A stretch of 63,042 nucleotides of DNA, counting the filler. It is 14 parts of 14 records of this genome, joined end to end, with 100 filler letters (N's around TTAATTAATTAA, not from the genome) between each part and the next. Parts side by side here need not be neighbours in the genome. Positions count along the whole stretch, not along the records: positions 1 to 9,481 come from SRR11831585_556; positions 9,582 to 11,683 come from SRR11831585_568; positions 11,784 to 15,263 come from SRR11831585_577; positions 15,364 to 18,407 come from SRR11831585_578; 10 more parts are not named here. One strand, given 5' to 3'. The notes below the pieces were generated by a model. The model saw only the letters and a list, made by a program, of their open reading frames with translations, had not been told where the DNA came from and made no database searches. The number at the start of each line of letters is the position of its first letter. Positions within the stretch are counted from its first letter, which is position 1. The position numbers and the translations under genes are program-made. This document shows, one piece after another, positions 1-15,546 of the stretch.

Positions 1-20
1 TTTTTTTGGTCGGTAGCCAT
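1..20 (-). CDS. malI: 5' end of malI repressor gene, truncated at window edge
   Basis: Reverse complement reads ATGGCTACC (MAT...), divergent from malX as in E. coli; only ~6 codons visible. Confidence 0.6.
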
Positions 21-36
21 GCAGATGACCTACTCC

Positions 37-1787
<1,751 letters not shown>

Positions 1788-1796
1788 GGATAAGAT

Positions 1797-2969
1797 ATGT
1801 TCGATTTTTCAAAGGTCGTGGATCGTCATGGCACATGGTGTACACAGTGGGATTATGTCGCTGACCGTTTCGGCACTGCTGACCTGTTACCGTTCACGAT
1901 TTCAGACATGGATTTTGCCACTGCCCCCTGCATTATCGAGGCGCTGAATCAGCGCCTGATGCACGGCGTATTTGGCTACAGCCGCTGGAAAAACGATGAG
2001 TTTCTCGCGGCTATTGCCCACTGGTTTTCCACCCAGCATTACACCGCCATCGATTCTCAGACGGTGGTGTATGGCCCTTCTGTCATCTATATGGTTTCAG
2101 AACTGATTCGTCAGTGGTCTGAAACAGGTGAAGGCGTGGTGATCCACACACCCGCCTATGACGCATTTTACAAGGCCATTGAAGGTAACCAGCGCACAGT
2201 AATGCCCGTTGCTTTAGAGAAGCAGGCTGATGGTTGGTTTTGCGATATGGGCAAGTTGGAAGCCGTGTTGGCGAAACCAGAATGTAAAATTATGCTCCTG
2301 TGTAGCCCACAGAATCCTACCGGGAAAGTGTGGACGTGCGATGAGCTGGAGATCATGGCTGACCTGTGCGAGCGTCATGGTGTGCGGGTTATTTCCGATG
2401 AAATCCATATGGATATGGTTTGGGGCGAGCAGCCGCATATTCCCTGGAGTAATGTGGCTCGCGGAGACTGGGCGTTGCTAACGTCGGGCTCGAAAAGTTT
2501 CAATATTCCCGCCCTGACCGGTGCTTACGGGATTATAGAAAATAGCAGTAGCCGCGATGCCTATTTATCGGCACTGAAAGGCCGTGATGGGCTTTCTTCC
2601 CCTTCGGTACTGGCGTTAACTGCCCATATCGCCGCCTATCAGCAAGGCGCGCCGTGGCTGGATGCCTTACGCATCTATCTGAAAGATAACCTGACGTATA
2701 TCGCAGATAAAATGAACGCCGCGTTTCCTGAACTCAACTGGCAGATCCCACAATCCACTTATCTGGCATGGCTTGATTTACGTCCGTTGAATATTGACGA
2801 CAACGCGTTGCAAAAAGCACTTATCGAACAAGAAAAAGTCGCGATCATGCCGGGGTATACCTACGGTGAAGAAGGTCGTGGTTTTGTCCGTCTCAATGCC
2901 GGCTGCCCACGTTCGAAACTGGAAAAAGGTGTGGCTGGATTAATTAACGCCATCCGCGCTGTTCGTTAA
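1797..2969 (+). CDS. malY: PLP-dependent cystathionine beta-lyase / maltose regulon modulator
   Basis: 390 aa; SDEIH and SGSKSFN PLP motifs; follows malX. Confidence 0.97.
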   Translation: MFDFSKVVDRHGTWCTQWDYVADRFGTADLLPFTISDMDFATAPCIIEALNQRLMHGVFGYSRWKNDEFLAAIAHWFSTQHYTAIDSQTVVYGPSVIYMVSELIRQWSETGEGVVIHTPAYDAFYKAIEGNQRTVMPVALEKQADGWFCDMGKLEAVLAKPECKIMLLCSPQNPTGKVWTCDELEIMADLCERHGVRVISDEIHMDMVWGEQPHIPWSNVARGDWALLTSGSKSFNIPALTGAYGIIENSSSRDAYLSALKGRDGLSSPSVLALTAHIAAYQQGAPWLDALRIYLKDNLTYIADKMNAAFPELNWQIPQSTYLAWLDLRPLNIDDNALQKALIEQEKVAIMPGYTYGEEGRGFVRLNAGCPRSKLEKGVAGLINAIRAVR

Positions 2970-3072
2970 CCCCAATTGCGCAACGTAAAAAATCGTTGCG
3001 CAATCGTGGATTTTTACCCTGCTTTGTTTTTATAATGGTGCGCACTTTTATATCCAGAAAAAGAGTGCGACC

Positions 3073-4072
3073 ATGATTGATACCACCCTGCCATTAACTG
3101 ATATCCATCGCCACCTTGATGGCAACATTCGTCCCCAGACCATTCTTGAACTTGGCCGCCAGTATAATATCTCGCTTCCTGCACAATCCCTGGAAACACT
3201 GATTCCCCACGTTCAGGTCATTGCCAACGAACCCGATCTGGTGAGCTTTCTGACCAAACTTGACTGGGGCGTTAAAGTTCTCGCCTCTCTTGATGCCTGT
3301 CGCCGCGTGGCATTTGAAAACATTGAAGATGCAGCCCGTCACGGCCTGCACTATGTCGAGCTGCGTTTTTCACCAGGCTACATGGCAATGGCACATCAGC
3401 TGCCTGTAGCGGGTGTTGTCGAAGCGGTGATCGATGGCGTACGTGAAGGTTGCCGCACCTTTGGTGTGCAGGCGAAGCTTATCGGCATTATGAGCCGGAC
3501 CTTCGGCGAAGCCGCCTGTCAGCAAGAGCTGGAGGCCTTTTTAGCCCACCGTGACCAGATTACCGCACTTGATTTAGCCGGTGATGAACTTGGTTTCCCG
3601 GGAAGTCTGTTCCTTTCTCACTTCAACCGCGCGCGTGATGCGGGCTGGCATATTACCGTCCATGCAGGCGAAGCTGCCGGGCCGGAAAGCATCTGGCAGG
3701 CGATTCGTGAACTGGGTGCGGAGCGTATTGGACATGGCGTAAAAGCCATTGAAGATCGGGCGCTGATGGATTTTCTCGCCGAGCAACAAATTGGTATTGA
3801 ATCCTGTCTGACCTCCAATATTCAGACCAGCACCGTAGCAGAGCTGGCTGCACATCCGCTGAAAACGTTCCTTGAGCATGGCATTCGTGCCAGCATTAAC
3901 ACTGACGATCCCGGCGTACAGGGAGTGGATATCATTCACGAATATACCGTTGCCGCGCCAGCTGCTGGGTTATCCCGCGAGCAAATCCGCCAGGCACAGA
4001 TTAATGGTCTGGAAATGGCTTTCCTCAGCGCTGAGGAAAACGCGCACTGCGAGAAAAGTCGCCGCGAAGTAA
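3073..4072 (+). CDS. add: Adenosine deaminase, with apparent frameshifts in two poly-A runs near the 3' end
   Basis: [12 protein letters not shown] and NTDD motifs. The native-type ending KVAAK* is in another frame ending at 4072, directly before a terminator hairpin. Confidence 0.93.
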
Positions 4073-4073
4073 C

Positions 4074-4106
4074 AAAATGGATGGTGCAAATGCACCATCC
4101 ATTTTT
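4074..4106. terminator. Bidirectional intrinsic terminator between add and ydgJ
   Basis: AAAATGGATGGTGCA-AA-TGCACCATCCATTTTT hairpin with A and T tracts. Confidence 0.85.
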
Positions 4107-5146
4107 CATGCAAGGCACAAAGTCGCGCGATGTTTGGCGGATTCGATGCCCAGCTCAATCAACTCCATTACCTGGATTGCCTGGCTTGCCGGAACCGGAT
4201 TTTCACCATCGCCATTTAACGCATCACGAATAGCCGCATAGTAAGCCGGATAATTCCCAGGCACCGTCAACAGCGTTTCTTCGACACGTTCCTCACCTTC
4301 CACGCGGGTAAGTACGCCATCACGCATATCGTAGCCCCAGTCTTCCTGCGGTAGACGCTCGCCATTTTTCAGACGTTCTTCCTGTGGATCGAGGCCATAT
4401 TTCACATAACTGCCTCGGGATCCATGCACGATATACCGTGCTGACTCAGCGGCTGCCAGCATGGTACCGTGTAAAATGACTCGCCGCTGTGGATAGGACA
4501 AGATGGCGTGGAAATAATCGGTCGACTGCGCTCCGGGCCGTAACTGTGCCAAATCTACCGTCATGCTGACCGGTAAACCAAAAAGCGTAATGGCCTGATC
4601 AAGAAGATGTGGTGCTAAATCGTACCAGATACCGCTGCCTGGGCCGCCCTGTTCACGCCAACGATCGCGCACCTGCGGACGGAAGCGGTCAAAATGAGAC
4701 TCAAAGTAAGCAACTTCACCCAGCACGCCTTCCGCGAGTAAACCTTTTAGCGTCAAGAAATCGCTATCCCAGCGACGGTTATGGAATACAGACAGCACAC
4801 GCCCCAGGCTTTTTGCCAGCGCATCCAGCTCTCGCGCTTGTGACAGTGTCACGGTAAAGGGTTTATCAACGACCACATGTTTACCCGCCTCAAGCGCCGC
4901 TTTGGCTAACGGGAAATGGGTATCGTTGGGTGTAGGAATGACAATCAGGTCTATGTTGGGATCGTTAAACAGATGCTTCGGCTCAGAGACAACCGTAACC
5001 GTTGGCCAGTCGGCTTTTACTTTTGTTTCATCACTGCTGGAGATTACCGCCAGTTCCTGCCCGGGCGTGCCCGCAATCAGGGGCGCATGGAAGGTTTTGC
5101 TCGCATAACCATACCCAATCAACCCAACACGGATGTTGTCGCTCAT
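4106..5146 (-). CDS. ydgJ: Gfo/Idh/MocA-family oxidoreductase
   Basis: 346 aa from [13 protein letters not shown]; Rossmann motif and DKP motif. Confidence 0.95.
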
Positions 5147-5388
5147 GTCATTGCCTCTCATTGAAGTATGATGGCTATTTGACACTATCCTTTACCCACG
5201 CTCAACAGTTTAATAACCTGCCAGCAATAAGGGATGTTGTTTAACTTAAGTCAAAAAAATAGCGAATTTTCCAACGACAAAAGCTAAATATCGCAAAAAC
5301 CTCAGTAAAAATCTTGCTGGAGCTATTATTGCTAAGTAACATTTACCCCCTGAAGTTAATGGATCAATCAAGAGAGATGTGGGCTGTA

Positions 5389-5514
5389 ATGAATCGTCTT
5401 ATTGAATTAACAGGTTGGATCGTTCTTGTCGTTTCAGTCATTCTTCTTGGCGTGGCGAGTCACATTGACAACTATCAGCCACCTGAACAGAGTGCTTCGG
5501 TACAACACAAGTAA
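5389..5514 (+). CDS. blr: Small membrane protein Blr (beta-lactam resistance, divisome-associated)
   Basis: 41 aa MNRLIELTGWIVLVVSVILLGVASH...QHK with one TM helix; expected gene order. Confidence 0.9.
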   Translation: MNRLIELTGWIVLVVSVILLGVASHIDNYQPPEQSASVQHK

Positions 5515-5786
5515 GCTCTGCACTTGTGGAGCGACATGCTGCCCGTCCGGGTGCATGTTTTCACTTGTCGGATATTAAACCAGGAATTTATTATCTTGTT
5601 CGATGTTGTTGGTGATTGTCAGGGATAGTAAAGCGCGTTACTCTTTTCAGAGCAGTTTTTCATCCCTGAATATTTGCCATCAGCGCATTCTTATTATTGT
5701 AATAACACAAGCGTTCACTTTTGGTGAAATTTTATCATCACTAATAATACCTACCCCTTTGGTATTAATTATTTTATGGACCTTTT

Positions 5787-6002
5787 ATGACTGTTCAGGA
5801 CTACTTATTAAAATTTCGCAAAATCAGTTCACTCGAAAGTCTGGAAAAACTCTACGACCATCTTAATTACACCCTGACGGACGATCAGGAACTGATCAAT
5901 ATGTATCGTGCTGCCGATCACCGTCGCGCAGAGCTGGTTTCTGGCGGGCGTTTGTTTGACCTCGGCCAGGTACCGAAGTCCGTCTGGCACTATGTCCAAT
6001 AA
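5787..6002 (+). CDS. cnu: Hha/YmoA-family H-NS partner Cnu (YdgT)
   Basis: 71 aa with AADHRRAEL motif. Confidence 0.95.
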
Positions 6003-6087
6003 AGAAAGTAGCGATCGGTTATAAAAGCCTTATAATAACGCCCCTAAAATTAGATTTGCCTGTTTGCGTCGCTATTCTGGAGAACCT

Positions 6088-6528
6088 ATGACCACCACAA
6101 CGCCACAACGTATTGGAGGCTGGTTGCTTGGCCCGTTGGCCTGGCTTTTAGTCGCTCTGTTGAGTACGACGCTGGCGTTGTTGCTGTATACCGCTGCGTT
6201 ATCTTCTCCGCAAACATTTCAAACGCTCGGCGGACAAGCACTGACGACACAAATCTTATGGGGCGTTTCTTTTATTACCGCTATCGCCTTGTGGTATTAC
6301 ACACTGTGGTTGACCATCGCTTTCTTTAAACGTCGGCGTTGTGTTCCTAAACACTATATTATCTGGCTGCTTATTTCCGTATTGCTGGCAGTAAAAGCAT
6401 TCGCTTTTTCACCCGTGGAAGATGGCATAGCCGTTCGCCAGTTGCTGTTTACTTTGTTGGCAACCGCATTGATCGTCCCCTATTTCAAACGCTCGTCGCG
6501 GGTAAAAGCGACGTTTGTGAATCCGTAA
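6088..6528 (+). CDS. ydgK: Inner membrane protein YdgK
   Basis: 146 aa from MTTTTPQRIGGWL; hydrophobic; directly upstream of rsxA. Confidence 0.9.
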   Translation: MTTTTPQRIGGWLLGPLAWLLVALLSTTLALLLYTAALSSPQTFQTLGGQALTTQILWGVSFITAIALWYYTLWLTIAFFKRRRCVPKHYIIWLLISVLLAVKAFAFSPVEDGIAVRQLLFTLLATALIVPYFKRSSRVKATFVNP

Positions 6529-6604
6529 TAACCTTACAGTTAACCTGTTGTCGCCTGCTCTGGATTAACGGATAATAGGCGGCTTTTTTATTTCAGGCCG
6601 AAAA

Positions 6605-7185
6605 ATGACTGACTACCTGTTACTGTTTGTCGGAACTGTACTGGTCAATAACTTTGTACTGGTCAAGTTTCTCGGTCTCTGTCCGTTTATGGGGGTTTCC
6701 AAAAAACTGGAAACCGCGATGGGCATGGGGCTGGCAACAACGTTTGTGATGACGCTGGCGTCTATTTGCGCCTGGCTTATCGATACGTGGATTTTGATCC
6801 CACTTAATCTGATTTACCTGCGCACCCTGGCATTTATTCTGGTGATTGCTGTGGTCGTGCAGTTCACCGAGATGGTGGTGCGCAAAACCAGCCCGGTGCT
6901 TTACCGTCTGCTGGGGATTTTTTTGCCGCTTATCACCACCAACTGTGCAGTGCTCGGCGTGGCGTTGCTGAATATCAATCTCGGGCACAATTTCTTGCAG
7001 TCGGCGCTGTACGGTTTTTCCGCCGCTGTCGGTTTCTCGCTGGTGATGGTGCTCTTCGCCGCCATCCGCGAACGCCTTGCTGTGGCTGATGTCCCGGCAC
7101 CTTTTCGCGGTAATGCCATTGCGTTAATTACCGCAGGTCTTATGTCTCTGGCCTTTATGGGCTTTAGTGGTTTGGTGAAGTTGTA

Positions 7186-7186
<1 letters not shown>
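6605..7186 (+). CDS. rsxA: Rsx/Rnf complex subunit A
   Basis: FLGLCP and [10 protein letters not shown] motifs. Confidence 0.97.
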
Positions 7187-9481
<2,295 letters not shown>

Positions 9482-9581
9482 NNNNNNNNNNNNNNNNNNN
9501 NNNNNNNNNNNNNNNNNNNNNNNNNTTAATTAATTAANNNNNNNNNNNNNNNNNNNNNNNNNNNNNNNNNNNNNNNNNNNN
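9482..9581. other. Artificial contig spacer N44-TTAATTAATTAA-N44
   Basis: Same 100-bp design at all 13 junctions. Confidence 0.99.
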
Positions 9582-9606
9582 CACACACACACACATACAC
9601 ACACAG
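9582..9606. repeat. (CA)n microsatellite at eukaryotic contig end
   Basis: Seen directly. Confidence 0.85.
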
Positions 9607-9630
9607 ACACAATCACACAATGGCACATAC

Positions 9631-11583
9631 CAGCAGGCATGAGCGGTCCCACCCCAATCCCCACGCCCCTGTGCACCAGGCCACCACTCAGCGACACAAT
9701 GTCCCCCGCAGCGACTGAGGAGGAGGGTGCCACGGTGCCTGTGTGTGTGAACTGCGAGATGCTGGATGCGACGGAGACAGGGCCCCACGATGCAACACCC
9801 TTCTCGTCGTTGCCACACATCTAACAAAGAGCATCCAACAAAACATCGGCAGTGAGCACACGTGGGCTACGGTGAACAGCAACAGGTATGGCCCGTATAC
9901 ATTTCTATGCACAAAACGATACTCGGTGGTAGTTGGTTACAAGTTGACACTGAACGCACCTGAACTGCGTCGGTAGCTCCTGCGGCCGCAAACACGGGCG
10001 CAACGGTGCCGCGATGCGAGCTATCACACAGCACGGACGAGGGCGAGACACGCACACCGCCGCTCACCACCACCGCTACAGGGACCACAACAACAAGTCA
10101 GCACACTGTTACACAGAGAACCAACAGCCACATTTTATCAGATCGGAAGACGTGCAGCACAATTAATAATGCGCAATCGTACCATCTCCATTGAGTCCAG
10201 CCCCGCTGCCCACCACAACACGACCGCCGGGCACCGTCACGCGTCCGCCCACACCCGCCGCCATGCTTACGGTACCTCCTTGCAACAGCAGCGTATTCCC
10301 ACTGGAAAGAGAGGAAGTTGTGACAAGAGGGGTGGACCAGGATGAAGCTGAGGCACTGCCCGTCACAACGGCGCTTGGGGCCCGCAGGGAACCCGACAAG
10401 GAGACATGGCCCGAGGAGACAACAGGACCGGTGCTTGTCACATAGCCGGCTGACAGGGACAAACCAATTTGAACGTTTTGGGCCGCTGTTACGGATGCGG
10501 ATGAAACAGCGCCATTGATGGAGATGTCAGACTGAAACGTAACGGTTCCCAGAGTATGCAACACAATGCTGCCGCTAGCCGCCACCAACTGCAACGTGTT
10601 CGAGCCTGCAACACCAACACCCCACGAGTGAGCGAAGGACATATGCAGCAATCAAAACTGTGGCCACCATGAAAGACTCAGTTATGTGGAACTACAAAGA
10701 CCGAAACCTGCGTATAACACGTGCGTGCATGTGTATGTGTATGTGTGTGTGCGTACTTCCCGAGACTCCCGCCCGTATCTGTGGTGGGGTGCGCAACACA
10801 GGAATGTCAAGCGGGCCATCCATCCAATCCCAGCTGTCCCAGGTGTCCTACACACACAGAGCAGTAGTTGAGTACAAAAGCACGTAACTTAATCAGCGTG
10901 GAGCATATCACCAATGTCATCGAACGAAAAAAATAACTGAAGTACGGGTAATACGGAGCAGTGAGTCAAGCAGCCCATGAGCCAGCTGAGAATCATCAAC
11001 TAAGGCACATGCACACAGCTACGTACCCCTTCCAGAGACGCTGGTTGCGCCTGCTGGTCATAATGTTCGAATGCGATGAACGTATCCGCGGGCGAGAGTG
11101 TGGTGCCCCCAAAGGACACCCCGTTCATGGAGATCGTGCCTGAGCGCAACACGTAAGGGAACAAATATAAGTGAGAACAAGGTATCAGATCACAAACAAT
11201 ACTCTCAAAAAGCACAAAAGCAGACACAATAACCGCTGTACCTGCAACGCCCGTTGTTAGCTGGAGTGATGAGTTTCCTAATAGGGAAACACCGCCTGCC
11301 CCGCTTAAAACGACATCCCTCCCGTAGTTCGTTACGTCAATCGATGTGTTGGTAAACGTGAAATCGCCGTAGTTGACTGAGTGGTAGGCCAACCGGTTAT
11401 GTGGGGTCCATATTCTACGCCACAAGAATTGCCACGAATAGTCAGACCAAGACCGAAGAAAATCGGTTAAACGGGCATACCCAGGTGCAAAGTTGAACAA
11501 TAGCACGTATACACCGATAACCGCGCCAATCAGCAGCAGATTATTGATCAATACCACAAGTGCCAGGGCGCGACACGTCAGTC
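9631..11583 (-). CDS. Spliced eukaryotic gene (partial): N-terminal TM helix followed by Gly/Ser/Thr/Val beta-rich, fibre-like ectodomain
   Basis: Phase-consistent GT-AG exons 11583-11242, 11139-11027, 10847-10757, 10605-10183, 10075-9960, 9820-9631. TM segment ALALVVLINNLLLIGAVIGVYVLLF; later GGVRVSPSSVLCDSSHRGTV...TDAVQ|MCGNDEKGVASW. Confidence 0.75.
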
Positions 11584-11683
11584 CTACAGACGGCTTAGTA
11601 ACCTCACTGCGTCTGCTTCCCACAAGTTTGTGACGAAGAGCAGCAAAAACACGCGATGAAAACACCACACACACACCCCCCCC

Positions 11684-11783
11684 NNNNNNNNNNNNNNNNN
11701 NNNNNNNNNNNNNNNNNNNNNNNNNNNTTAATTAATTAANNNNNNNNNNNNNNNNNNNNNNNNNNNNNNNNNNNNNNNNNNNN
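11684..11783. other. Artificial contig spacer
   Basis: N44-TTAATTAATTAA-N44. Confidence 0.99.
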
Positions 11784-11811
11784 GTTGCTCTACCTACTGA
11801 GCTAAGTCGGC
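11784..11811 (-). tRNA. thrU: 5' fragment of tRNA-Thr (thrU), truncated by contig end
   Basis: Reverse complement GCCGACTTAGCTCAGTAGGTAGAGCAAC is the 5' acceptor strand plus D-arm; divergent from coaA as in E. coli. Confidence 0.9.
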
Positions 11812-11819
11812 ATCAAGTA

Positions 11820-11854
11820 GCGCGCATTCTATGGAGACATGCGAGTTCATGCAA
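11820..11854 (-). promoter_or_regulatory. thrU-tyrU-glyT-thrT-tufB stable-RNA promoter
   Basis: -35 TTGCAT (11854-11849), 17-bp spacer, -10 TAGAAT (11831-11826), GC-rich discriminator GCGCGC. Confidence 0.85.
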
Positions 11855-12172
11855 CTAAAAAATTGCATAATTTGTTTTATTGGTCACATTTTATGCGACA
11901 CGATGAAGAAACAGCCGAACGGAGGGCAGATTAGCACACTTTTTCAACATCATTGTGCTCAACAATGCGCTCCTGCTAAACCATAATTCTTTTTATCAGA
12001 TGGAATATCTGTCACATTGCTTTTCAACGATAGCTTCCTGGCAGAGATTTTTTCTTATTATTCCTCCCCATCTGGTGTTACCCTCCTGCCCATTAACCCA
12101 TTCAACAGAACTGTGACGCGCCATGGCAAATATCGCTTTGCCGATAGAGCTATGACCGCCAGAAACATGCTT

Positions 12173-13123
12173 ATGAGTATAAAAGAGCAAACGTTAATGA
12201 CGCCTTACCTACAGTTTGACCGCAACCAGTGGGCAGCTCTGCGTGATTCCGTACCTATGACGTTATCGGAAGATGAGATCGCCCGTCTCAAAGGTATTAA
12301 TGAAGATCTCTCGTTAGAAGAAGTTGCCGAGATCTATTTACCTTTGTCACGTTTGCTGAACTTCTATATAAGCTCGAATCTGCGCCGTCAGGCAGTTCTG
12401 GAACAGTTTCTTGGTACCAACGGGCAACGCATTCCTTACATTATCAGTATTGCTGGCAGTGTCGCGGTGGGGAAAAGTACAACCGCCCGTGTATTGCAGG
12501 CGCTATTAAGCCGTTGGCCGGAACATCGTCGTGTTGAACTGATCACTACAGATGGCTTCCTTCACCCTAATCAGGTTCTGAAAGAACGTGGTCTGATGAA
12601 GAAGAAAGGCTTCCCGGAATCGTATGATATGCATCGCCTGGTGAAGTTTGTTTCCGATCTCAAATCCGGCGTGCCAAACGTTACAGCACCTGTTTACTCA
12701 CATCTTATTTATGATGTGATCCCGGATGGAGATAAAACGGTTGTTCAGCCTGATATTTTAATTCTTGAAGGGTTAAATGTCTTACAGAGCGGGATGGATT
12801 ATCCACACGATCCACATCATGTATTTGTTTCTGATTTTGTCGATTTTTCGATATATGTTGATGCACCGGAAGACTTACTTCAGACATGGTATATCAACCG
12901 TTTTCTGAAATTCCGCGAAGGGGCTTTTACCGACCCGGATTCCTATTTTCATAACTACGCGAAATTAACTAAAGAAGAAGCGATTAAGACTGCCATGACA
13001 TTGTGGAAAGAGATCAACTGGCTGAACTTAAAGCAAAATATTCTACCTACTCGTGAGCGCGCCAGTTTAATCCTGACGAAAAGTGCTAATCATGCGGTAG
13101 AAGAGGTCAGACTACGCAAATAA
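12173..13123 (+). CDS. coaA: Type I pantothenate kinase
   Basis: 316 aa from MSIKEQTL; P-loop [17 protein letters not shown]. Confidence 0.97.
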
Positions 13124-13151
13124 TTTGCAGGGGAGCGAATACTCCCCTTTC

Positions 13152-14117
13152 TTATTTTTCTGCACTACGCAGGGATATTTCACCGCCCATCCAGGGTTTT
13201 ATTATTCCATCCTGCTCAAGTAATAAAGCCCCCTGTTTGTCTATTCCGCGTGAAATGCCAAATATTTCTTTATCACCAATGATAAGTTTCACTGGGCGAT
13301 TAATAAAATTATCCAGCTTTTCCCAGCGCGACAGATAAGGTGCCAATCCTTCTTGTTCGAAGAGTTCCAACGCAGCACGTAATTCACGTATTAGCATGGC
13401 CGCCAACGTATTACGATCGAGATTGATCCCCGCTTCCTGCAGCGTGATCCACCCCTGATTAACGACACTCTCTTCAACACGGCGCATTGCCATGTTGATC
13501 CCGGCTCCAATGACTATTTGCGCCGCATCGCCAGTTTTGCCAGTCAGCTCCACCAGAATGCCTGCCAGCTTGCGATCCTGCAGATAGAGGTCATTAGGCC
13601 ATTTAACACGAACTTTATCTGCACCCAGCTTGCGTAATACTTCCGCCATCACGATACCGATAACCAGACTTAAACCAATCGCCGCCGCCGGGCCTTGTTC
13701 CAGACGCCAGAACATCGACAAATATAAGTTTGCGCCAAAAGGCGAAAACCATTTCCGACCCCGGCGACCACGGCCAGCCTGCTGGTATTCTGCAATGCAA
13801 GCATCGCCCGATTTAAGCTCTCCGATACGATCAAGAAGGTACTGATTCGTGGAGTCAATCACTGGCAGCACGGCTACACTACCGCCATCCAGCTGACCCA
13901 ATATCTGTTTAGCATTAAGTAACTGGATAGGCTCAGGCAGGCTGTATCCTTTACCCGGAACGGTAAAGACATCAACGCCCCAGTCACGCAGTGTCTGAAT
14001 GTGTTTATTAATAGCCGCCCGGCTCATTCCCAGCGTTTCACCCAACTGCTCGCCAGAGTGAAATTCACCGTTCGCTAACAGGGCAATCAATTTCAGTGGC
14101 ACGGTGTTATCCTTCAT
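13152..14117 (-). CDS. birA: Biotin-protein ligase / biotin operon repressor
   Basis: N-terminal [12 protein letters not shown] and KWPND motifs. Confidence 0.98.
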
Positions 14118-15142
14118 GAAATTGTCTCCACTGCGCTCACTTCACCTGATGCACCAATAAAGCGGACTTCAGGCTCAAGCCAGACATTAAATTTTTCACC
14201 AACTTTCTGTCTTACATGATGCGCCAGCTGTACAACATCTTCGCTTTTTGCATTGTCTTCATTAATGAGAACTAACGCCTGTTGACGGTGCACCGCAGCC
14301 CCACCTATTTGCATCCCTTTTAGCTGGCACTGATCGATAAGCCAACCTGCTGCCAGTTTTACTGAACCATCCGCCTGGGGGTAATTTGGTGCTGTTGGAA
14401 ATTGTGACAGTAATGCTTTAGCCGTTTCGGCAGATACAACAGGGTTTTTGAAGAAACTACCGGCATTGCCATTCACTTTTGGATCAGGGAGTTTGGTGGT
14501 GCGCATATGACACACCGCATTAAATACTTGCTGTGGCGTTACTGTTGTAGGATCCAGACGAGTTAAGTCACCATACGTTAGTACAGGTTGCCACTCTTTT
14601 GGCAGACGCAGACCTACGGCTACAATAGCGAAGCGGTCCTGGTATTCATGTTTAAAAATACTGTCGCGATAGCCAAAACGGCACTCTTTGGCAGTTAAGC
14701 GCACTTGCTTGCCTGTCGCCAGTTCAACAGAATCAACATAAGCGCAAACTCGCTGTAATTCTACGCCATAAGCACCAATATTCTGGATAGGTGATGAGCC
14801 GACACAACCAGGAATTAATGCCAGATTTTCCAGACCAGGCATACCTTCCTGCAAAGTGTATTTTACCAGACGATGCCAGTTTTCTCCGGCTCCTACATGT
14901 AAATACCACGCATCAGGTTCATCATGAATTTCGATACCTTTGATCCGGTTGATGATCACCGTGCCGCGATAGTCCTCCAGAAAAAGTACATTACTTCCTT
15001 CACCCAGAATAAGAACGGGTTGTCCTTCTGCGGTTGCATACTGCCAGGCATTGAGTAATTGTTGTTCGTCTTCGGCACATACAATGTGCTGAGCATTATG
15101 ATCAATGCCAAATGTGTTCCAGGGTTTTAAGGAGTGGTTCAT
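14114..15142 (-). CDS. murB: UDP-N-acetylenolpyruvoylglucosamine reductase
   Basis: GEGSN, QNIGAYG and GSFFKNP motifs. Confidence 0.98.
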   Translation of the reverse strand: MNHSLKPWNTFGIDHNAQHIVCAEDEQQLLNAWQYATAEGQPVLILGEGSNVLFLEDYRGTVIINRIKGIEIHDEPDAWYLHVGAGENWHRLVKYTLQEGMPGLENLALIPGCVGSSPIQNIGAYGVELQRVCAYVDSVELATGKQVRLTAKECRFGYRDSIFKHEYQDRFAIVAVGLRLPKEWQPVLTYGDLTRLDPTTVTPQQVFNAVCHMRTTKLPDPKVNGNAGSFFKNPVVSAETAKALLSQFPTAPNYPQADGSVKLAAGWLIDQCQLKGMQIGGAAVHRQQALVLINEDNAKSEDVVQLAHHVRQKVGEKFNVWLEPEVRFIGASGEVSAVETIS

Positions 15143-15235
15143 AGCTGCTTTCCTGATGCAAAAACGAGGCTAGTTTACCGTATCTGTGGGGGGATGGCTT
15201 GTAGATATGACGACAGGAAGAGTTTGTAGAAACGC

Positions 15236-15263
15236 AAAAAGGCCATCCGTCAGGATGGCCTTC
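15236..15263 (-). terminator. rrnB T2 terminator
   Basis: Reverse complement GAAGGCCATCCTGACGGATGGCCTTTTT, upstream of murB as in E. coli. Confidence 0.93.
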
Positions 15264-15363
15264 NNNNNNNNNNNNNNNNNNNNNNNNNNNNNNNNNNNNN
15301 NNNNNNNTTAATTAATTAANNNNNNNNNNNNNNNNNNNNNNNNNNNNNNNNNNNNNNNNNNNN
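15264..15363. other. Artificial contig spacer
   Basis: N44-TTAATTAATTAA-N44. Confidence 0.99.
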
Positions 15364-15388
15364 GTGTGTGTGTGTGTGTGTGTGTGTG
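15364..15388. repeat. (GT)n microsatellite at contig start
   Basis: Seen directly. Confidence 0.9.
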
Positions 15389-15546
15389 GTGGAGCACGGT
15401 CTCGCTGTTGCTTCTCACGGCTGTGGCGTGTATTCATTTTGATCTCGTGCAAACACTTTTTGTTTATCTCGGCGTTGTACCTGTGTCGCGTCTGTGTGTG
15501 CGTGTGTGAAGAACGCCCCTCTGACTCACTGTAATTCGTACTGTAG

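Noticed and set aside
3073-4233. C-terminally extended 386-aa adenosine deaminase
   Set aside because: Explained by two homopolymer deletions; the extension crosses a terminator and overlaps ydgJ.
9526-9537. TTAATTAATTAA recurring 13 times as a CRISPR repeat, att site or mobile-element end
   Set aside because: It is always centred in N runs of fixed length, so it is a synthetic six-frame-stop linker.
9482-15363. Bacteria-to-eukaryote HGT or an integrated island
   Set aside because: No real sequence junction exists, and the E. coli pieces keep native operons, promoters and REPs with no sign of amelioration.
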